Shown: positions 1-10,586, counted from the stretch's first letter. The stretch: DNA of 64,000 nt from Alphaproteobacteria bacterium (GCA_038102935.1 JAYNYG010000001.1:35096-99095), one strand, 5' to 3'. Notes: generated from the sequence alone by a model not told the origin. A program made the numbers and translations.

Positions 1-3000
1 TCATCAACCGCCAGGAGGAGGTGCTGAAAGGCGTTGAGGGCCTGGACAAGATGGAGAGCCAGTCCAGCACCGGCTCTGGGCGCGTGACGCTGACATTCGC
101 TGTCGGCACGAACATGGATAAATCGCTGCTGCTGGTTTCCAACCGTCTGGACCGCGTGAACGGCTATCCAGAGGAAGTCGATGAGCCGACGCTAAAAACC
201 GCAGGCTCGGACGATAACCCCATCGCCTGGTTCTCGATCCAGCATATGGAAGGCAATGTCACGCCGATCCATACATACCGAGATTTTATCGAAGACACGG
301 TGCAAGACCGGTTTGAGCGGGTCCCCGGGGTTGCACTGACGAACCTATACGGCGGCGGCGCGCGTGAACTGCAGATTCTCGTCGACCCAGCCAAGCTTGC
401 CCAATACCGCCTGACAATTGGCGAGGTCGCGGCGCGCTTGCGGGCGGAACACGCCTCTTTCTCCGCCGGCGAGTTGGATGAGGGCAAGCGGTCCTACGTG
501 GTGCGGTCAGAGGGCGAGTTGGATAGCCCGGAATCGATTGCCGCCGTCGTACTCCGTTCCGAAGTTGATCCCGTCACCGGGCGGGTTTCGCGTGTTTCCG
601 TGGCTGACGTGGGGGAGGTGCGCTACGATTATGGCAAGCCGCGCGCCACCATCCGCCGCAATGGCGCGCCGGGTCTCGCGGTCAACGCCGTGCGCGAAAC
701 CGGCGCCAATGTCATCGAGGTGATGGAGGAGCTGCGGGCTGCAGTTGTGGAGCTGAATGAAGACGTTCTGAACCCGCGCGGGCTCAAGCTGCATCAGGTT
801 TACGACGAGACTGTCTACATCGAATCCGCCATTGATCTGGTGCAGACGAATATCATCGTCGGCGGCATTCTGGCGGCGATTGTGCTGCTGCTGTTCTTAC
901 GATCCTGGCGCCCGACGCTGATTATCGCCATCGCCATTCCCGTTTCCGTCATCGGCTCTTTCGTGGCGATGGCGATGCTTGGGCGGTCGCTGAACGTGAT
1001 CTCGCTTGCCGGTATCGCCTTCGCAGTCGGCATGGTCGTGGACGCAGCGATTGTTGTGCTGGAGAACGTGTATCGCCTGCGCGAGAAAGGCCTGTCGCCG
1101 GGCAAGGCTGCCTATGAGGGCGCCAAGCAGGTATGGGGCGCTATCCTGGTCTCAGCGCTGACGACGGTTCTGGTGTTCGTGCCGGTACTCACGACTGACC
1201 TCGAGGTCGGCCAGTTGTTCCGTGATATTGCTGTGGCGATCTCGGTATCTGTCATTCTATCGCTGCTCGTCGCGATTACGGTGATCCCCGCGCTCAGCAA
1301 GCGCCTGTTTTCTGGCGATATCTCGAAGAGCAAGCGGATTAGTATTCCGCCGCTCGATGCGTTCGGGCGGATGTTTCTTGGGCTTTTTGTCGGTCTGGCG
1401 CGGGCGGCAGTTAAGAACCGAGCGTTTGCGTTGATATGGGTCGGCTCGATCACTGCCGTGGCGGTCGTTGGCACTGTGTTGTTCCTGCCTCGGCTGGATT
1501 ACCTACCGGAGGGCAATAGGAACTTGCTTTTCGGCTTCCTGTTGCCGCCTGCCGGGTACAACCTTGAAACCAATACCGGCATCGCCCGGACATTCGAGGA
1601 TGCGACGCGCCATCGCTGGGTTTCCGAAACGGGGCCAGAACCTGGCGAAGATGGCTTGCCGAAGATGCAAGACTTCTACTTTGTCGCTTTCGGCGAGCGG
1701 GTCATTGTGCTGGCCCGGTCTGCAGAACCGCAACGCCTGAAGGAACTGCAGGGGCCGCTTTTCCGCGAAGTCGCCAAACATCCCGATATCATCGGCTTCT
1801 TCCGCCCGGCTAGCGTGTTTGGGCGTGGCATCGGCGGCGCGCGATCTATCGAGATCGACGTCGTTGGCATTGAACTTGAAGACGCTGTCGTCACGGCTAA
1901 TCAAGTTTTTGGCCGTGTGTCGCAAGTCTTCCCGCGCAGCGAAGGCCATCAAGCGCGCCCGCTGCCAAGCCTGGAGCTTGGGGCGCCGGAGGTCCGTGTT
2001 TATCCAGACCGTATTCGCCTTGCCGACAATGGCGTCACCGCGAGGGAGCTTGGGCTGACGATTGATGCGTCAAACGATGGCCTCCGCATTTTGCAGACAA
2101 CTGTCGGGTCCGAACGGCTTGACCTGAAGCTGAAGGGCAGGGAGGGGTCTGTCCGCTCGACGCAGGATATTGGCGCGCTGCCCGTTGTCGCGCGCAATGG
2201 CGTTATCGTGCCAGTTTCTAGCTTAGCCGATGTTCAGGTGACAACAGGGCCTGTGCAAATCCGGCACAAGGAACGCAACCGCACCATCACGATTGCGCTG
2301 ACGCCAGCAGACTTTATGCCGCTTGAGGAGGCCATCGCCAAAGTCGAAAGCGATGTGCTGGCGTCCATTGAAGCGGAAGGTTTGCCGCCGGGCGTAGTTT
2401 TCCGCGTCTCTGGCACCGCAGATGAGTTGGGCAAAGCCAAGCAGGAACTGTCTTACGACCTTTTGATCGCCTTGGTGATCGTGTTCCTGGTCATGGCGAT
2501 CCAATTTGAGAGCTTCATCTATCCGCTGGTGATTTTGTTCTCCGTACCGCTGGCAACAGCGGGCGCTGTATTGGCGCTCGCTGCGATCAATATCTTCGCT
2601 GGTATGGGCTTTGGCGCGATCCAAAATCTGGACATGCTGACGGTGCTTGGATTCGTCATCCTGATCGGCGTCGTTGTGAACAATGCGATCCTGCTGGTGG
2701 ATCAAACGTTGCAGCATATTCGAGATGATGGGATGAGACCGGGCGACGCGATTACGGAGGCGACACGCAACCGTATCCGGCCCATCTTCATGTCGACGCT
2801 CACCAGTGTGATCGGCATGGCGCCTCTTGTGCTGTTCCCGGGCGCAGGCTCGGAACTCTATCGGGGCTTGGGCGCTGTCGTGATCGGCGGGCTGGCTTTG
2901 TCGTCCGTGCTGACGCTTGCGATCGTGCCGCCGCTTATGGGCATTGTGTTAGCGCCGCTGGAACGTCGCCGGATTGCACGTGAGGCAGCCGACAACGATG

Positions 3001-3038
3001 ATGAGCCGGATCATGACCTCCGGGTCGCCGCAGAATAG
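1..3038 (+). CDS. RND family efflux transporter permease (AcrB/AcrD/AcrF-like), 5'-partial
   Basis: Track ORF 21..3038 with open in-frame sequence back to window edge; 12-TM-type hydrophobic blocks and large periplasmic loops; C-terminal RND motifs (…VILIGVVVNNAILLVD…). N-terminus lies upstream of window. Confidence 0.85.
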   Translation, partial: INRQEEVLKGVEGLDKMESQSSTGSGRVTLTFAVGTNMDKSLLLVSNRLDRVNGYPEEVDEPTLKTAGSDDNPIAWFSIQHMEGNVTPIHTYRDFIEDTVQDRFERVPGVALTNLYGGGARELQILVDPAKLAQYRLTIGEVAARLRAEHASFSAGELDEGKRSYVVRSEGELDSPESIAAVVLRSEVDPVTGRVSRVSVADVGEVRYDYGKPRATIRRNGAPGLAVNAVRETGANVIEVMEELRAAVVELNEDVLNPRGLKLHQVYDETVYIESAIDLVQTNIIVGGILAAIVLLLFLRSWRPTLIIAIAIPVSVIGSFVAMAMLGRSLNVISLAGIAFAVGMVVDAAIVVLENVYRLREKGLSPGKAAYEGAKQVWGAILVSALTTVLVFVPVLTTDLEVGQLFRDIAVAISVSVILSLLVAITVIPALSKRLFSGDISKSKRISIPPLDAFGRMFLGLFVGLARAAVKNRAFALIWVGSITAVAVVGTVLFLPRLDYLPEGNRNLLFGFLLPPAGYNLETNTGIARTFEDATRHRWVSETGPEPGEDGLPKMQDFYFVAFGERVIVLARSAEPQRLKELQGPLFREVAKHPDIIGFFRPASVFGRGIGGARSIEIDVVGIELEDAVVTANQVFGRVSQVFPRSEGHQARPLPSLELGAPEVRVYPDRIRLADNGVTARELGLTIDASNDGLRILQTTVGSERLDLKLKGREGSVRSTQDIGALPVVARNGVIVPVSSLADVQVTTGPVQIRHKERNRTITIALTPADFMPLEEAIAKVESDVLASIEAEGLPPGVVFRVSGTADELGKAKQELSYDLLIALVIVFLVMAIQFESFIYPLVILFSVPLATAGAVLALAAINIFAGMGFGAIQNLDMLTVLGFVILIGVVVNNAILLVDQTLQHIRDDGMRPGDAITEATRNRIRPIFMSTLTSVIGMAPLVLFPGAGSELYRGLGAVVIGGLALSSVLTLAIVPPLMGIVLAPLERRRIAREAADNDDEPDHDLRVAAE

Positions 3039-3047
3039 GACGAAGTT

Positions 3048-4175
3048 TTGCAAGAAGCGGATTTTCTAGTGATTGGCGCTGGCGTTGCTGGCGCCTCCGT
3101 CGCGTATCGGCTGGCTGCGCACGGCTCCGTCATCATGGCGGAGATGGAGAGCCAACCTGGGTATCACACCTCTGGTCGGTCCGCCGCGCTCTATTCTAAG
3201 CGTTACAAGAACCCAGCAATCCGCGGCTTTGCGGCTGCCAGCGGCGCGTTCTTGGAAGAACCGCCAGCGGGTTTTGCCGAAGCGCCGCTGTTGACGCCAC
3301 GTGGGCTGCTGATCATTGGCCGCGAAGACCAGGCGGACGCTGTCGCCGAGCAATTTACGCCGGAGCAGATATGCGACGGCGTCGCCGAAAGCCTTACGGT
3401 GGACGATGCTATCAACCTCGTACCGGCGCTAAAGCGTGACTATCTGGGCGCCGCAATGCTGGTGCCAGCAGCCTCCGATATTGATGTGAATGGCCTGCAT
3501 CGCGGGTTTCTCGCCGCCGGATCGCGGGCGGGCGTCACACTTGTCACCGATGCGCCTATCGCCAAGCTCAGCCACGCCGGCGGCAAATGGACGGCTGAGA
3601 CGCCGAAGGGCCAAATTGCGGCGCGGGTTGTCATAAATGCTGCGGGCGCCTGGGCAGACGAAGTGGCTGCAGCGGCGGGGCTGGATGGCCTTGGCATTCA
3701 GCCGCTCAGGCGCACCTGCATTACGTTTGATCCGCCCGCTGCGATGGACCCTACAGCATGGCCGATGGCGATTGATGCTGAGGAAGAATTTTACTTCAAG
3801 CCGGAAGCGGGCCGTATCCTCGCCAGCCCCTGCGACGAACACCAAAGCCCGCCGACGGACGCGCAGCCGGAAGAGATCGACATCGCGTTTGGCGTTGATA
3901 GGGTGGAGCGCGCAACGAGCCTGAAAGTCTCCCGCATCACCCATAGCTGGGCCGGGTTACGCTGCTTCATGCCGGATAAGCTGCCGGTCGTCGGCGCTGA
4001 CCCAAGGGCGGAAGGCTTCATCTGGCTCGCAGGCCTTGGCGGCTTCGGCATGATGACCTCCGAAGCCCTCGGCCGCGCCGCAACCGCAGCCGCCGTGCAA
4101 GCGTCTATGCCATCCGACATTACAAACGCTGGGGTAGAAGCGGATGCTGTAGGGCCGAACCGCTTGCTGGCTTAG
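3048..4175 (+). CDS. FAD-dependent oxidoreductase (DAO/glycine-oxidase family)
   Basis: N-terminal Rossmann dinucleotide motif DFLVIGAGVAGASVAYRLA; DAO-family length and C-terminal GxGxxG-like region. Confidence 0.8.
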   Translation: MQEADFLVIGAGVAGASVAYRLAAHGSVIMAEMESQPGYHTSGRSAALYSKRYKNPAIRGFAAASGAFLEEPPAGFAEAPLLTPRGLLIIGREDQADAVAEQFTPEQICDGVAESLTVDDAINLVPALKRDYLGAAMLVPAASDIDVNGLHRGFLAAGSRAGVTLVTDAPIAKLSHAGGKWTAETPKGQIAARVVINAAGAWADEVAAAAGLDGLGIQPLRRTCITFDPPAAMDPTAWPMAIDAEEEFYFKPEAGRILASPCDEHQSPPTDAQPEEIDIAFGVDRVERATSLKVSRITHSWAGLRCFMPDKLPVVGADPRAEGFIWLAGLGGFGMMTSEALGRAATAAAVQASMPSDITNAGVEADAVGPNRLLA

Positions 4176-4201
4176 CGCGTGAGATAGAAAGGACCGCCGC
4201 A

Positions 4202-4591
4202 ATGGCAATTGAGATCGATCGCCTGGACCATCTTGTTCTGACTGTGCGCGATATGGATGCGACCTGCGCGTTTTATAGTCGTGTGCTTGGCATGGAGCGG
4301 CGCATGTTCGGGGATAACCGAACCGCGCTCTATTTTGGCCGCCAGAAGCTCAATCTTCATGACGCGGCCAATCCGGTCGATCCAAATGTCCGGCACGCAG
4401 CGCCCGGATCATCGGACCTATGCTTCATCACGGAAACGCCGATGGCTGATGTGATTGCGCATCTTGAGGCGGAAGGCATTTCTATTATCACCGGCCCTGG
4501 CGAGCGTAGCGGCGCCACGGGAACGCTGAATTCAGTATACATCTATGATCCAGATGAGAACCTGATCGAGATTGCGAACCTGCTGCAATGA
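4202..4591 (+). CDS. VOC/glyoxalase-bleomycin resistance family protein
   Basis: 129 aa; LDHLVLTVRD…YIYDPDENLIE pattern typical of the glyoxalase/VOC fold; coupled to the next gene through an ATGA overlap. Confidence 0.7.
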   Translation: MAIEIDRLDHLVLTVRDMDATCAFYSRVLGMERRMFGDNRTALYFGRQKLNLHDAANPVDPNVRHAAPGSSDLCFITETPMADVIAHLEAEGISIITGPGERSGATGTLNSVYIYDPDENLIEIANLLQ

Positions 4592-5046
4592 GCACGGACC
4601 TTTTGTTCATCCAAGTCGGCGGGACCATAGATAAGGATTATCCGGCGGGCGAAACCAACCATGGCTACGAATTCGAAATCGGCGAACCTGCCTTTCGTTC
4701 AGTTCTGAACCGCGTGAAATTCCCCGGGGGGTGGGCCGAACAGGCGCTGATGCAGATGGACAGCCTGGATATGGAGGAGCCGGAACGCGCCACAGTCCGG
4801 GCGGCGGTTGAGGCGGCGGAACACACACGCATCATCATCACCCATGGTACAGACACAATCCGCCAAACGGCGTCGGCGCTTTATGGCATTCCGGGCAAAA
4901 CAATTGTTCTGACTGGCGCTATGCTGCCAGAGAAGTTCCGGGATTCTGACGCCGATTTTAACCTAGGTATGGCGATTGCCGCAGCCAGATTGGCCCCTGA
5001 AGGGGTCTATATCGCACTGGATGGGACAGTGATTCCAGCGCCGTAG
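4588..5046 (+). CDS. asparaginase N-terminal-domain protein (short form)
   Basis: GGTID…THGTDT motif of the L-asparaginase/GatD N-domain; only 152 aa, so a stand-alone N-domain. Confidence 0.55.
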   Translation: MSTDLLFIQVGGTIDKDYPAGETNHGYEFEIGEPAFRSVLNRVKFPGGWAEQALMQMDSLDMEEPERATVRAAVEAAEHTRIIITHGTDTIRQTASALYGIPGKTIVLTGAMLPEKFRDSDADFNLGMAIAAARLAPEGVYIALDGTVIPAP

Positions 5047-5049
5047 CGC

Positions 5050-6702
5050 CTATTTCGCTTTTCCTTCAATCACAACATCAATCAGCGCTGGGCCGTCTTT
5101 CGCGATAGCGCGGGCGAGGGCGGCGGTGAAAGCTTCTGGCTCTGCCACCTGTTCGCCCGGAACGCCCATGCCGGCGGCCATCTGCACGAAGCCGAAATCC
5201 GGGCCGGTCAGGTCCATGTGGGTATATCCGCGATTGCTTTCCGCATCGAAGCGGCCGCGGTAGACGTCGATATTGTGTTTTAGAATGCGGTACTCACGGT
5301 TCGACAAAATAATGAACGTGATGTTCAAATTGTGATGCGCCGCCGTCCAGAGAGACTGGATCGAGTACATCGCTGACCCGTCGCCGGAAACGCATACAAT
5401 CGGCCTATCCGGGTTGGCGACAGCAACGCCAATGGCGCCTGCCAAGCCTTGGCCGATGGCGCCGCCGCGTCCGGCGTAATAATCGCCAGGGCCAGCGAAA
5501 TCCAAGCTGCGGGAGAAATCCGTGCTGGCGGTGATGGCTTCTTCAACCATCACAGCATTGTCTGGCAGCGCTTCGGCCATAGCCGCCATGGCGACGGACA
5601 TAGGCATGGGGCGGCGAGATGCAGCGCGAGCCGTGCGGGCTTTCTGGGCCTCACGGGCGTCTGCAGCGGCGGCGGCCAGTTTGTCGGCGCGGGATTTGGC
5701 GGCGGCGGCATCCGGTTTTGCCAATTCGAAAAGAGCGGCAAGCGCTGCCTTCGGCGCCGAGATGGCGCCGGAAGTTAGCGTGAAGTTTTTGGCAAGCATC
5801 TGCGGCGATTGCTCGATCTGGAAGACTTGGCAACCATCGGGGAAGGGGCTGCCGGGTTCGTACCAGACGGGTTCAAAGAACGGCCCGCCGATCAGCAGCA
5901 CGCAGTCTGCATCGCCAAGCATCGTTTTGATGGGGCCAGCTTCGAATGGCAACCCGCCACACATGAGCGGATGGCGTGTGTCTGCGATGGCCTGGGCGTG
6001 CATGCCTTCGGTCCAAATGCTCGCGCCCAACTTTTCAGCCAATTGCAGCAGTTCCCCATTGGCCGCGGCGCGAGCGACGTCATCGCCAGCGACAATGGCC
6101 GGGGCTTTGGCGGACGATAGGGCGGCGGCGATTTCGCTGAGCGCCGCCACATCGCCAACAGGCGCTTGGTGCAGCGGGCCGGAGGTGACGGCGGCATTCG
6201 CCGTTTCTTGCTCCATCACGTTGATCGGCAGCGCCACAAAAACAGGGCCTTTCGGCGCTTCGTTGGCGACTTTGAAAGCGCGGCGCATCACGTCTGCCAT
6301 CTCATCAGCGTTCTCGACCTGCACGGCCCATTTCACGACGGGCGCAGCAATCGAAACCAGATCATGCCCTAGCACCGGGCCTTGCAGCCGCATCCGCGTA
6401 TCCTGCTGGCCCGCGGTGATGACCACAGGCGCATTCGCCCGCATCGCGCTGTACATCATGCCGACTGCGTTGCCGAGGCCAGGCGCCACATGCAGGTTCG
6501 CCACCGCCGTTTTGCCGCTGGACTGCGCGTAGAAACTGGCGGCGCCGACGGCGACGGCTTCATAAAGCGCCACCACGTATTCGATGTCTGGATAGTCTGC
6601 CAGATGGTCGAGCAGGGGGCTTTCCGTAGTGCCAGGATTGCCAAAAATCCGCTTGGCGTCATGCAGCTGCAAGCTTTCCAAAAATACGTCCCGGCCCCGC
6701 AT
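5050..6702 (-). CDS. thiamine-pyrophosphate-dependent enzyme (acetolactate synthase / benzoylformate decarboxylase-like)
   Basis: 550 aa; three-domain TPP layout with GDGS…N TPP-binding motif (CVSGDGSAMYSIQSLWTAAHHNLNITFIILSNREY). Confidence 0.8.
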   Translation of the reverse strand: MRGRDVFLESLQLHDAKRIFGNPGTTESPLLDHLADYPDIEYVVALYEAVAVGAASFYAQSSGKTAVANLHVAPGLGNAVGMMYSAMRANAPVVITAGQQDTRMRLQGPVLGHDLVSIAAPVVKWAVQVENADEMADVMRRAFKVANEAPKGPVFVALPINVMEQETANAAVTSGPLHQAPVGDVAALSEIAAALSSAKAPAIVAGDDVARAAANGELLQLAEKLGASIWTEGMHAQAIADTRHPLMCGGLPFEAGPIKTMLGDADCVLLIGGPFFEPVWYEPGSPFPDGCQVFQIEQSPQMLAKNFTLTSGAISAPKAALAALFELAKPDAAAAKSRADKLAAAAADAREAQKARTARAASRRPMPMSVAMAAMAEALPDNAVMVEEAITASTDFSRSLDFAGPGDYYAGRGGAIGQGLAGAIGVAVANPDRPIVCVSGDGSAMYSIQSLWTAAHHNLNITFIILSNREYRILKHNIDVYRGRFDAESNRGYTHMDLTGPDFGFVQMAAGMGVPGEQVAEPEAFTAALARAIAKDGPALIDVVIEGKAK

Positions 6703-6785
6703 ATCATACTCCCTTGTCAGGCATCGTTTGAAACTGCGAGCATAGCGGCGCGCGTGAAGCGCTGGAAGCCGTAGGAGAATCCCCC

Positions 6786-7718
6786 ATGTCCAACATTACA
6801 ATTACGCCTTTGACGCTGCATATCGGCGCCGAAGTCAGCGGTGTAGATTTAACGAAACCACTCACGACGGATGACGCCCAGGCGATCTATCAGGCATTTC
6901 TCGATTGGAAGGTGATCTTCATTCGGGGGCAGCAATTGGACCACGCGCAGCATGTGGCCTTCGCCCGCGCGCTTGGGCAGCCGACAATCGGGCATGCGGT
7001 ATTTGGCCATGTGGAGGACTACCCGGAAGTTTATTCGGTGGCGAAACATCGTACGGCGCAAACCCATAGCGCCGCTCGCATGCAGCGCGCCTGGACTGGA
7101 TGGCACACAGACATCACGGCTGCGATCAATCCGCCAAAGGCGTCGATCTTACGCGGCGTCACCATACCGCCATACGGCGGCGATACGTTCTGGACCAACC
7201 TGAACGCAGCCTATGAAGGCCTCTCTGAAACCATGCGCGGCGTGGTGGATGGGCTGCGCGGCATTCATCGCTATATGCCGCCAGCGAATGCAACAAAAGA
7301 CGACAAATATGATGAAAGCATCAAGCGTCGGGAAATGGAGACGGAGCACCCGCTCGTCACTGTGCATCCAGAAACTGGGCAGCGGCAGCTTTATGTCAGC
7401 CCGTCATTCTTGAAATCTATCGCCGGAATGCATCCGCGTGAGAGCCAGCAAGTTCTGGAGATGCTGTGGGAGCATGTTGTCCGGCCAGAATACACCGTAC
7501 GCTTCAAATGGAACGCCGGCGATATTGCGATCTGGGATAACCGCTCGACGTCGCATCTGGCGCCATCTGACATCTTCCAGAGCGACTTCGACCGCCAACT
7601 CTATCGGATCACGCTGGTTGGCGAGACGCCGGTCGGCGTTGATGGGCGCCCATCTGTTTCCCTTAGGGGGCTACCTATTCTGGCAGTTGAAACGGAATTG
7701 ACGGAGGCGGGCGATTGA
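6786..7718 (+). CDS. TauD/TfdA-family Fe(II)/2-oxoglutarate dioxygenase
   Basis: WHTD…D / H motifs (WTGWHTDIT; …NRSTSHLA) and ~300-aa length typical of the TauD family. Confidence 0.8.
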   Translation: MSNITITPLTLHIGAEVSGVDLTKPLTTDDAQAIYQAFLDWKVIFIRGQQLDHAQHVAFARALGQPTIGHAVFGHVEDYPEVYSVAKHRTAQTHSAARMQRAWTGWHTDITAAINPPKASILRGVTIPPYGGDTFWTNLNAAYEGLSETMRGVVDGLRGIHRYMPPANATKDDKYDESIKRREMETEHPLVTVHPETGQRQLYVSPSFLKSIAGMHPRESQQVLEMLWEHVVRPEYTVRFKWNAGDIAIWDNRSTSHLAPSDIFQSDFDRQLYRITLVGETPVGVDGRPSVSLRGLPILAVETELTEAGD

Positions 7719-8113
7719 CCGCCGCACTCTCTGACGATGACAGGAAAGCTGCACGGGCGTCACTCGACGGCTTTATGGCAGCCTTTAACGCGGAGGACGC
7801 TGAGGCCATCCGCACTCGCTGGTATAATTTCCCGCATGTCCGTTTTCACAGCGGCCAAGTCACCGTTATGGAGCGGCCAGAGGATTTTCATGCGTTGGTC
7901 TGGGACAGAACGGGCCAGTCTGAAGATTGGGCGCGGACGGCCTGGGATTATGTGGAATTGATCGACGAAGGCCCGGGCAAGGCGCATTTTCGCGTGCAGT
8001 TCACCCGTTTTCGCGCCGATGGATCGGCAATCGGCAGCTACAAATCGCTTTATATCGTGACGCTGAAGGATGAGCGTTGGGCGATCCAGGGCAGGTCGAG
8101 CTGGGCTGCCTAA
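7715..8113 (+). CDS. NTF2-like (SnoaL/DUF4440-like) small protein
   Basis: 132 aa, ATGA overlap with the upstream TauD gene; alpha+beta NTF2-like composition. Weak family assignment. Confidence 0.45.
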   Translation: MTAALSDDDRKAARASLDGFMAAFNAEDAEAIRTRWYNFPHVRFHSGQVTVMERPEDFHALVWDRTGQSEDWARTAWDYVELIDEGPGKAHFRVQFTRFRADGSAIGSYKSLYIVTLKDERWAIQGRSSWAA

Positions 8114-8697
8114 GCGCCTTTCTTCCAGCAGCCTTCCATATGGTCGTCAACCAAGCCCATGGACTGCATGTAAGCATAGCAGATGGTGGGGCCGACGAAG
8201 CGGAAGCCCGCTTTTTTCAACCGCTTCGAAAGCGCTTCCGCCGCAGGCGTTTTGGCAGGAACGTCCACCATCGACTGCGGATGGTTGACGATTGTCTCGC
8301 CATCCACCGTATCCCAGATGAATTTTGAGAAACCGCCAGGCGCCTCATCCATCATCTTCAGCCAGGCTTGCGCATTGGAGATCGTTGATTCGATTTTCAA
8401 CCGGTTGCGGACAATGCCGGTGTCCGCCATCAGCCGGTCGATATCTGATTGATCGAAGCGCGCGATCTTCTCTGGGTCGAAATTCGCGAAAGCAGCACGG
8501 AAGTTTTCACGTTTCCGCAGGATCGTGAGCCAGGACAAGCCCGCCTGAAAACCCTCCAGGCAAAGCTTCTCGAAGAGCTTCCTGTCATCCCGTTGGACAA
8601 CACCCCATTCTTCATCGTGATAGCGCTGGTATTCAGGATCGTCGCCGCACCAGCGGCAACGGTCCTGACCATCCGATCCTGTAATCAGCCCACTCAT
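8110..8697 (-). CDS. tag: DNA-3-methyladenine glycosylase I
   Basis: 195 aa; Zn-binding CxxxC…H…C pattern and the conserved EGFQAGLSWLTIL…FVGPTICYAYMQ regions of Tag. Confidence 0.85.
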   Translation of the reverse strand: MSGLITGSDGQDRCRWCGDDPEYQRYHDEEWGVVQRDDRKLFEKLCLEGFQAGLSWLTILRKRENFRAAFANFDPEKIARFDQSDIDRLMADTGIVRNRLKIESTISNAQAWLKMMDEAPGGFSKFIWDTVDGETIVNHPQSMVDVPAKTPAAEALSKRLKKAGFRFVGPTICYAYMQSMGLVDDHMEGCWKKGA

Positions 8698-8718
8698 AAT
8701 CTTCTCATGGTCGGCGGG

Positions 8719-9603
8719 TTACATGGACCGGAGTTTTGGATCGAGCGCATCGCGCAGTGCGTCGCCGAACAGGTTGAACGCAAACACGGCAAGCGTGATC
8801 GCAAGACCTGGGAAAATGGCGACCCAAGGCGCGCTTTCAAAGAACTGCTCAGCGCCGCCACGGAGCATCAGCCCCCACGCCGCCGTTGGTTCCTGAACGC
8901 CAAGACCAAGATATGACAGCGAGGCTTCCAGAAGGATCGCCTGTCCGACAAAGCTTGTGACCATGATCAGATACGGCGCCATAACGTTCGGCACCATATG
9001 CACCAGCACGATCCGCGTGTGGCTGAACCCTGAGGCGCGCGCCGCATCCACATAGGGGATGTCTCGCAGCGCCAAAGCGCTGGACCGCACAACGCGGGCG
9101 CATTTCGGGATGAACGGAATGGTGATCGCGATGATCACGTTCCAGGTGCCGGAGCCGAACACGGACACAATGGCCAGCGCCATGATGATTAGCGGGAACG
9201 CCATGAAGACATCCATGATCCGTTGGAAAATCAGATCAAACCAGCCGCCGAGATACGCACTGGTCACGCCAAGCACCAGCCCAAGCGTTGCGCCGACGAA
9301 GGCTGCGATAAACCCGATCTGCAGCGCCGTGCGAGAGCCATAGATGATACGCGAGAAGATATCTCGGCCAAGTTCATCGGTCCCAAGCAGATAGGTCATG
9401 TTGGGGCCGATAAGCTGATCGGCGAAGTTCATATCAAGCGGGTCTTGCGGTGCGACGATGTCTGCGAAAACGGCGACAAACAACATCAGCATGATGAAGA
9501 CAGCAGATCCAGCGCCAAGCGGCTGGCGGCGCGCCATGCGGCGCACCTTCTGTAAGAACGAGCGCTGCTTTGGCGCGTCGGCAGTCGTGGTTGCGGTATT
9601 CAT
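8719..9603 (-). CDS. ABC transporter permease, DppC/OppC family
   Basis: 294 aa, 6 TM segments, binding-protein-dependent EAA-type loop (…AARASGFSHTRIVLVHMVPN…). Confidence 0.85.
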   Translation of the reverse strand: MNTATTTADAPKQRSFLQKVRRMARRQPLGAGSAVFIMLMLFVAVFADIVAPQDPLDMNFADQLIGPNMTYLLGTDELGRDIFSRIIYGSRTALQIGFIAAFVGATLGLVLGVTSAYLGGWFDLIFQRIMDVFMAFPLIIMALAIVSVFGSGTWNVIIAITIPFIPKCARVVRSSALALRDIPYVDAARASGFSHTRIVLVHMVPNVMAPYLIMVTSFVGQAILLEASLSYLGLGVQEPTAAWGLMLRGGAEQFFESAPWVAIFPGLAITLAVFAFNLFGDALRDALDPKLRSM

Positions 9604-9614
9604 GTTCCGGTCCC

Positions 9615-10586
9615 CTAACTATACCGAATGCGTGGATCGAGCCACGCATAGATCAGATCAATGACGATGTTCATACAGACGAAGATGAATGCGACCAGCA
9701 TCACGAGCGCTTGCGTTAGCGCGTAGTCATGGTTGGTCACGCTATCGACGAAGAGCTTGCCGAGGCCGTTCAGGTTAAACACCTGCTCTGTCACGACGAG
9801 GCCGCCCATCAGGAACGCGAACTCAATGCCGATGACGGTTACGACCGGCAGCATAGAGTTTTTGAGGGCGTGGCGGTTGACCACCAGCTTCTCAATCACG
9901 CCTTTAGCGCGCGCGGTGCGGATGTAATCTTCACGCAGCACTTCAAGGAGCGCTGAGCGTGTCATACGCGTCGCGACGGCTGAATAGCGGTAGCCGGTGG
10001 CGAGCGCTGGCCAAATCAACTGTGTGAGGTTGCCGATCGGATCTTCGATTGGCGAAACATATTGGATCGGCGGGATCCAGGCTTGGCCGAACCAATTCTG
10101 CGTCGTCCAAAGTAAGCCCAGCATAATCAGAATGCCCAGCCAGAACGACGGCATCGCGATACCCGCGATGGAAAAGCAGCGGACGACATAGTCGATCCAG
10201 GTGTTCTGGCGGATCGCAGAGATTGTGCCCATTGGAATGGCGATGATAACGCTGACAATTGTCGCCATGACCGCGACTTGCAGCGAGAGTACGGCGCGGA
10301 CGCCAATCTCTTCCGAGATCGCACGGCCTGTCCACATGGACTCGCCGAAATCGCCAATAAAGAACCCGCCGAGCCAAGTGAAGAACTGCACGTAAAGCGG
10401 GCGGTTCAAGCCGAGTTCTTCGCGGCAAATACCAATCAGGTTGGCATCGAACGATCCGCCCGTGCCTGCATACCGGAGAGCACAAATATCGCCCGGAATC
10501 ATGTGCATCAATGTGAACACGAGGATAGCCGCGCCAATAAGCGTCGGCACCATCATCAGCGTTCGTTTAACCAGATACTTATGCAT
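9615..10586 (-). CDS. ABC transporter permease, DppB/OppB family
   Basis: Track ORF extends to 10628, but homology to DppB begins at MHKYLVKRTL…HMIPGD, so the start is placed at 10586; EAA-loop TARAKGV. Confidence 0.85.
   Translation of the reverse strand: MHKYLVKRTLMMVPTLIGAAILVFTLMHMIPGDICALRYAGTGGSFDANLIGICREELGLNRPLYVQFFTWLGGFFIGDFGESMWTGRAISEEIGVRAVLSLQVAVMATIVSVIIAIPMGTISAIRQNTWIDYVVRCFSIAGIAMPSFWLGILIMLGLLWTTQNWFGQAWIPPIQYVSPIEDPIGNLTQLIWPALATGYRYSAVATRMTRSALLEVLREDYIRTARAKGVIEKLVVNRHALKNSMLPVVTVIGIEFAFLMGGLVVTEQVFNLNGLGKLFVDSVTNHDYALTQALVMLVAFIFVCMNIVIDLIYAWLDPRIRYS

Noticed and set aside
5522-6532. 336-aa plus-strand ORF rich in Ala/Ser/Arg
   Set aside because: Lies entirely antisense to the well-supported TPP-enzyme gene (5050..6702). 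This is a typical spurious long ORF in high-GC DNA with no recognisable motifs.
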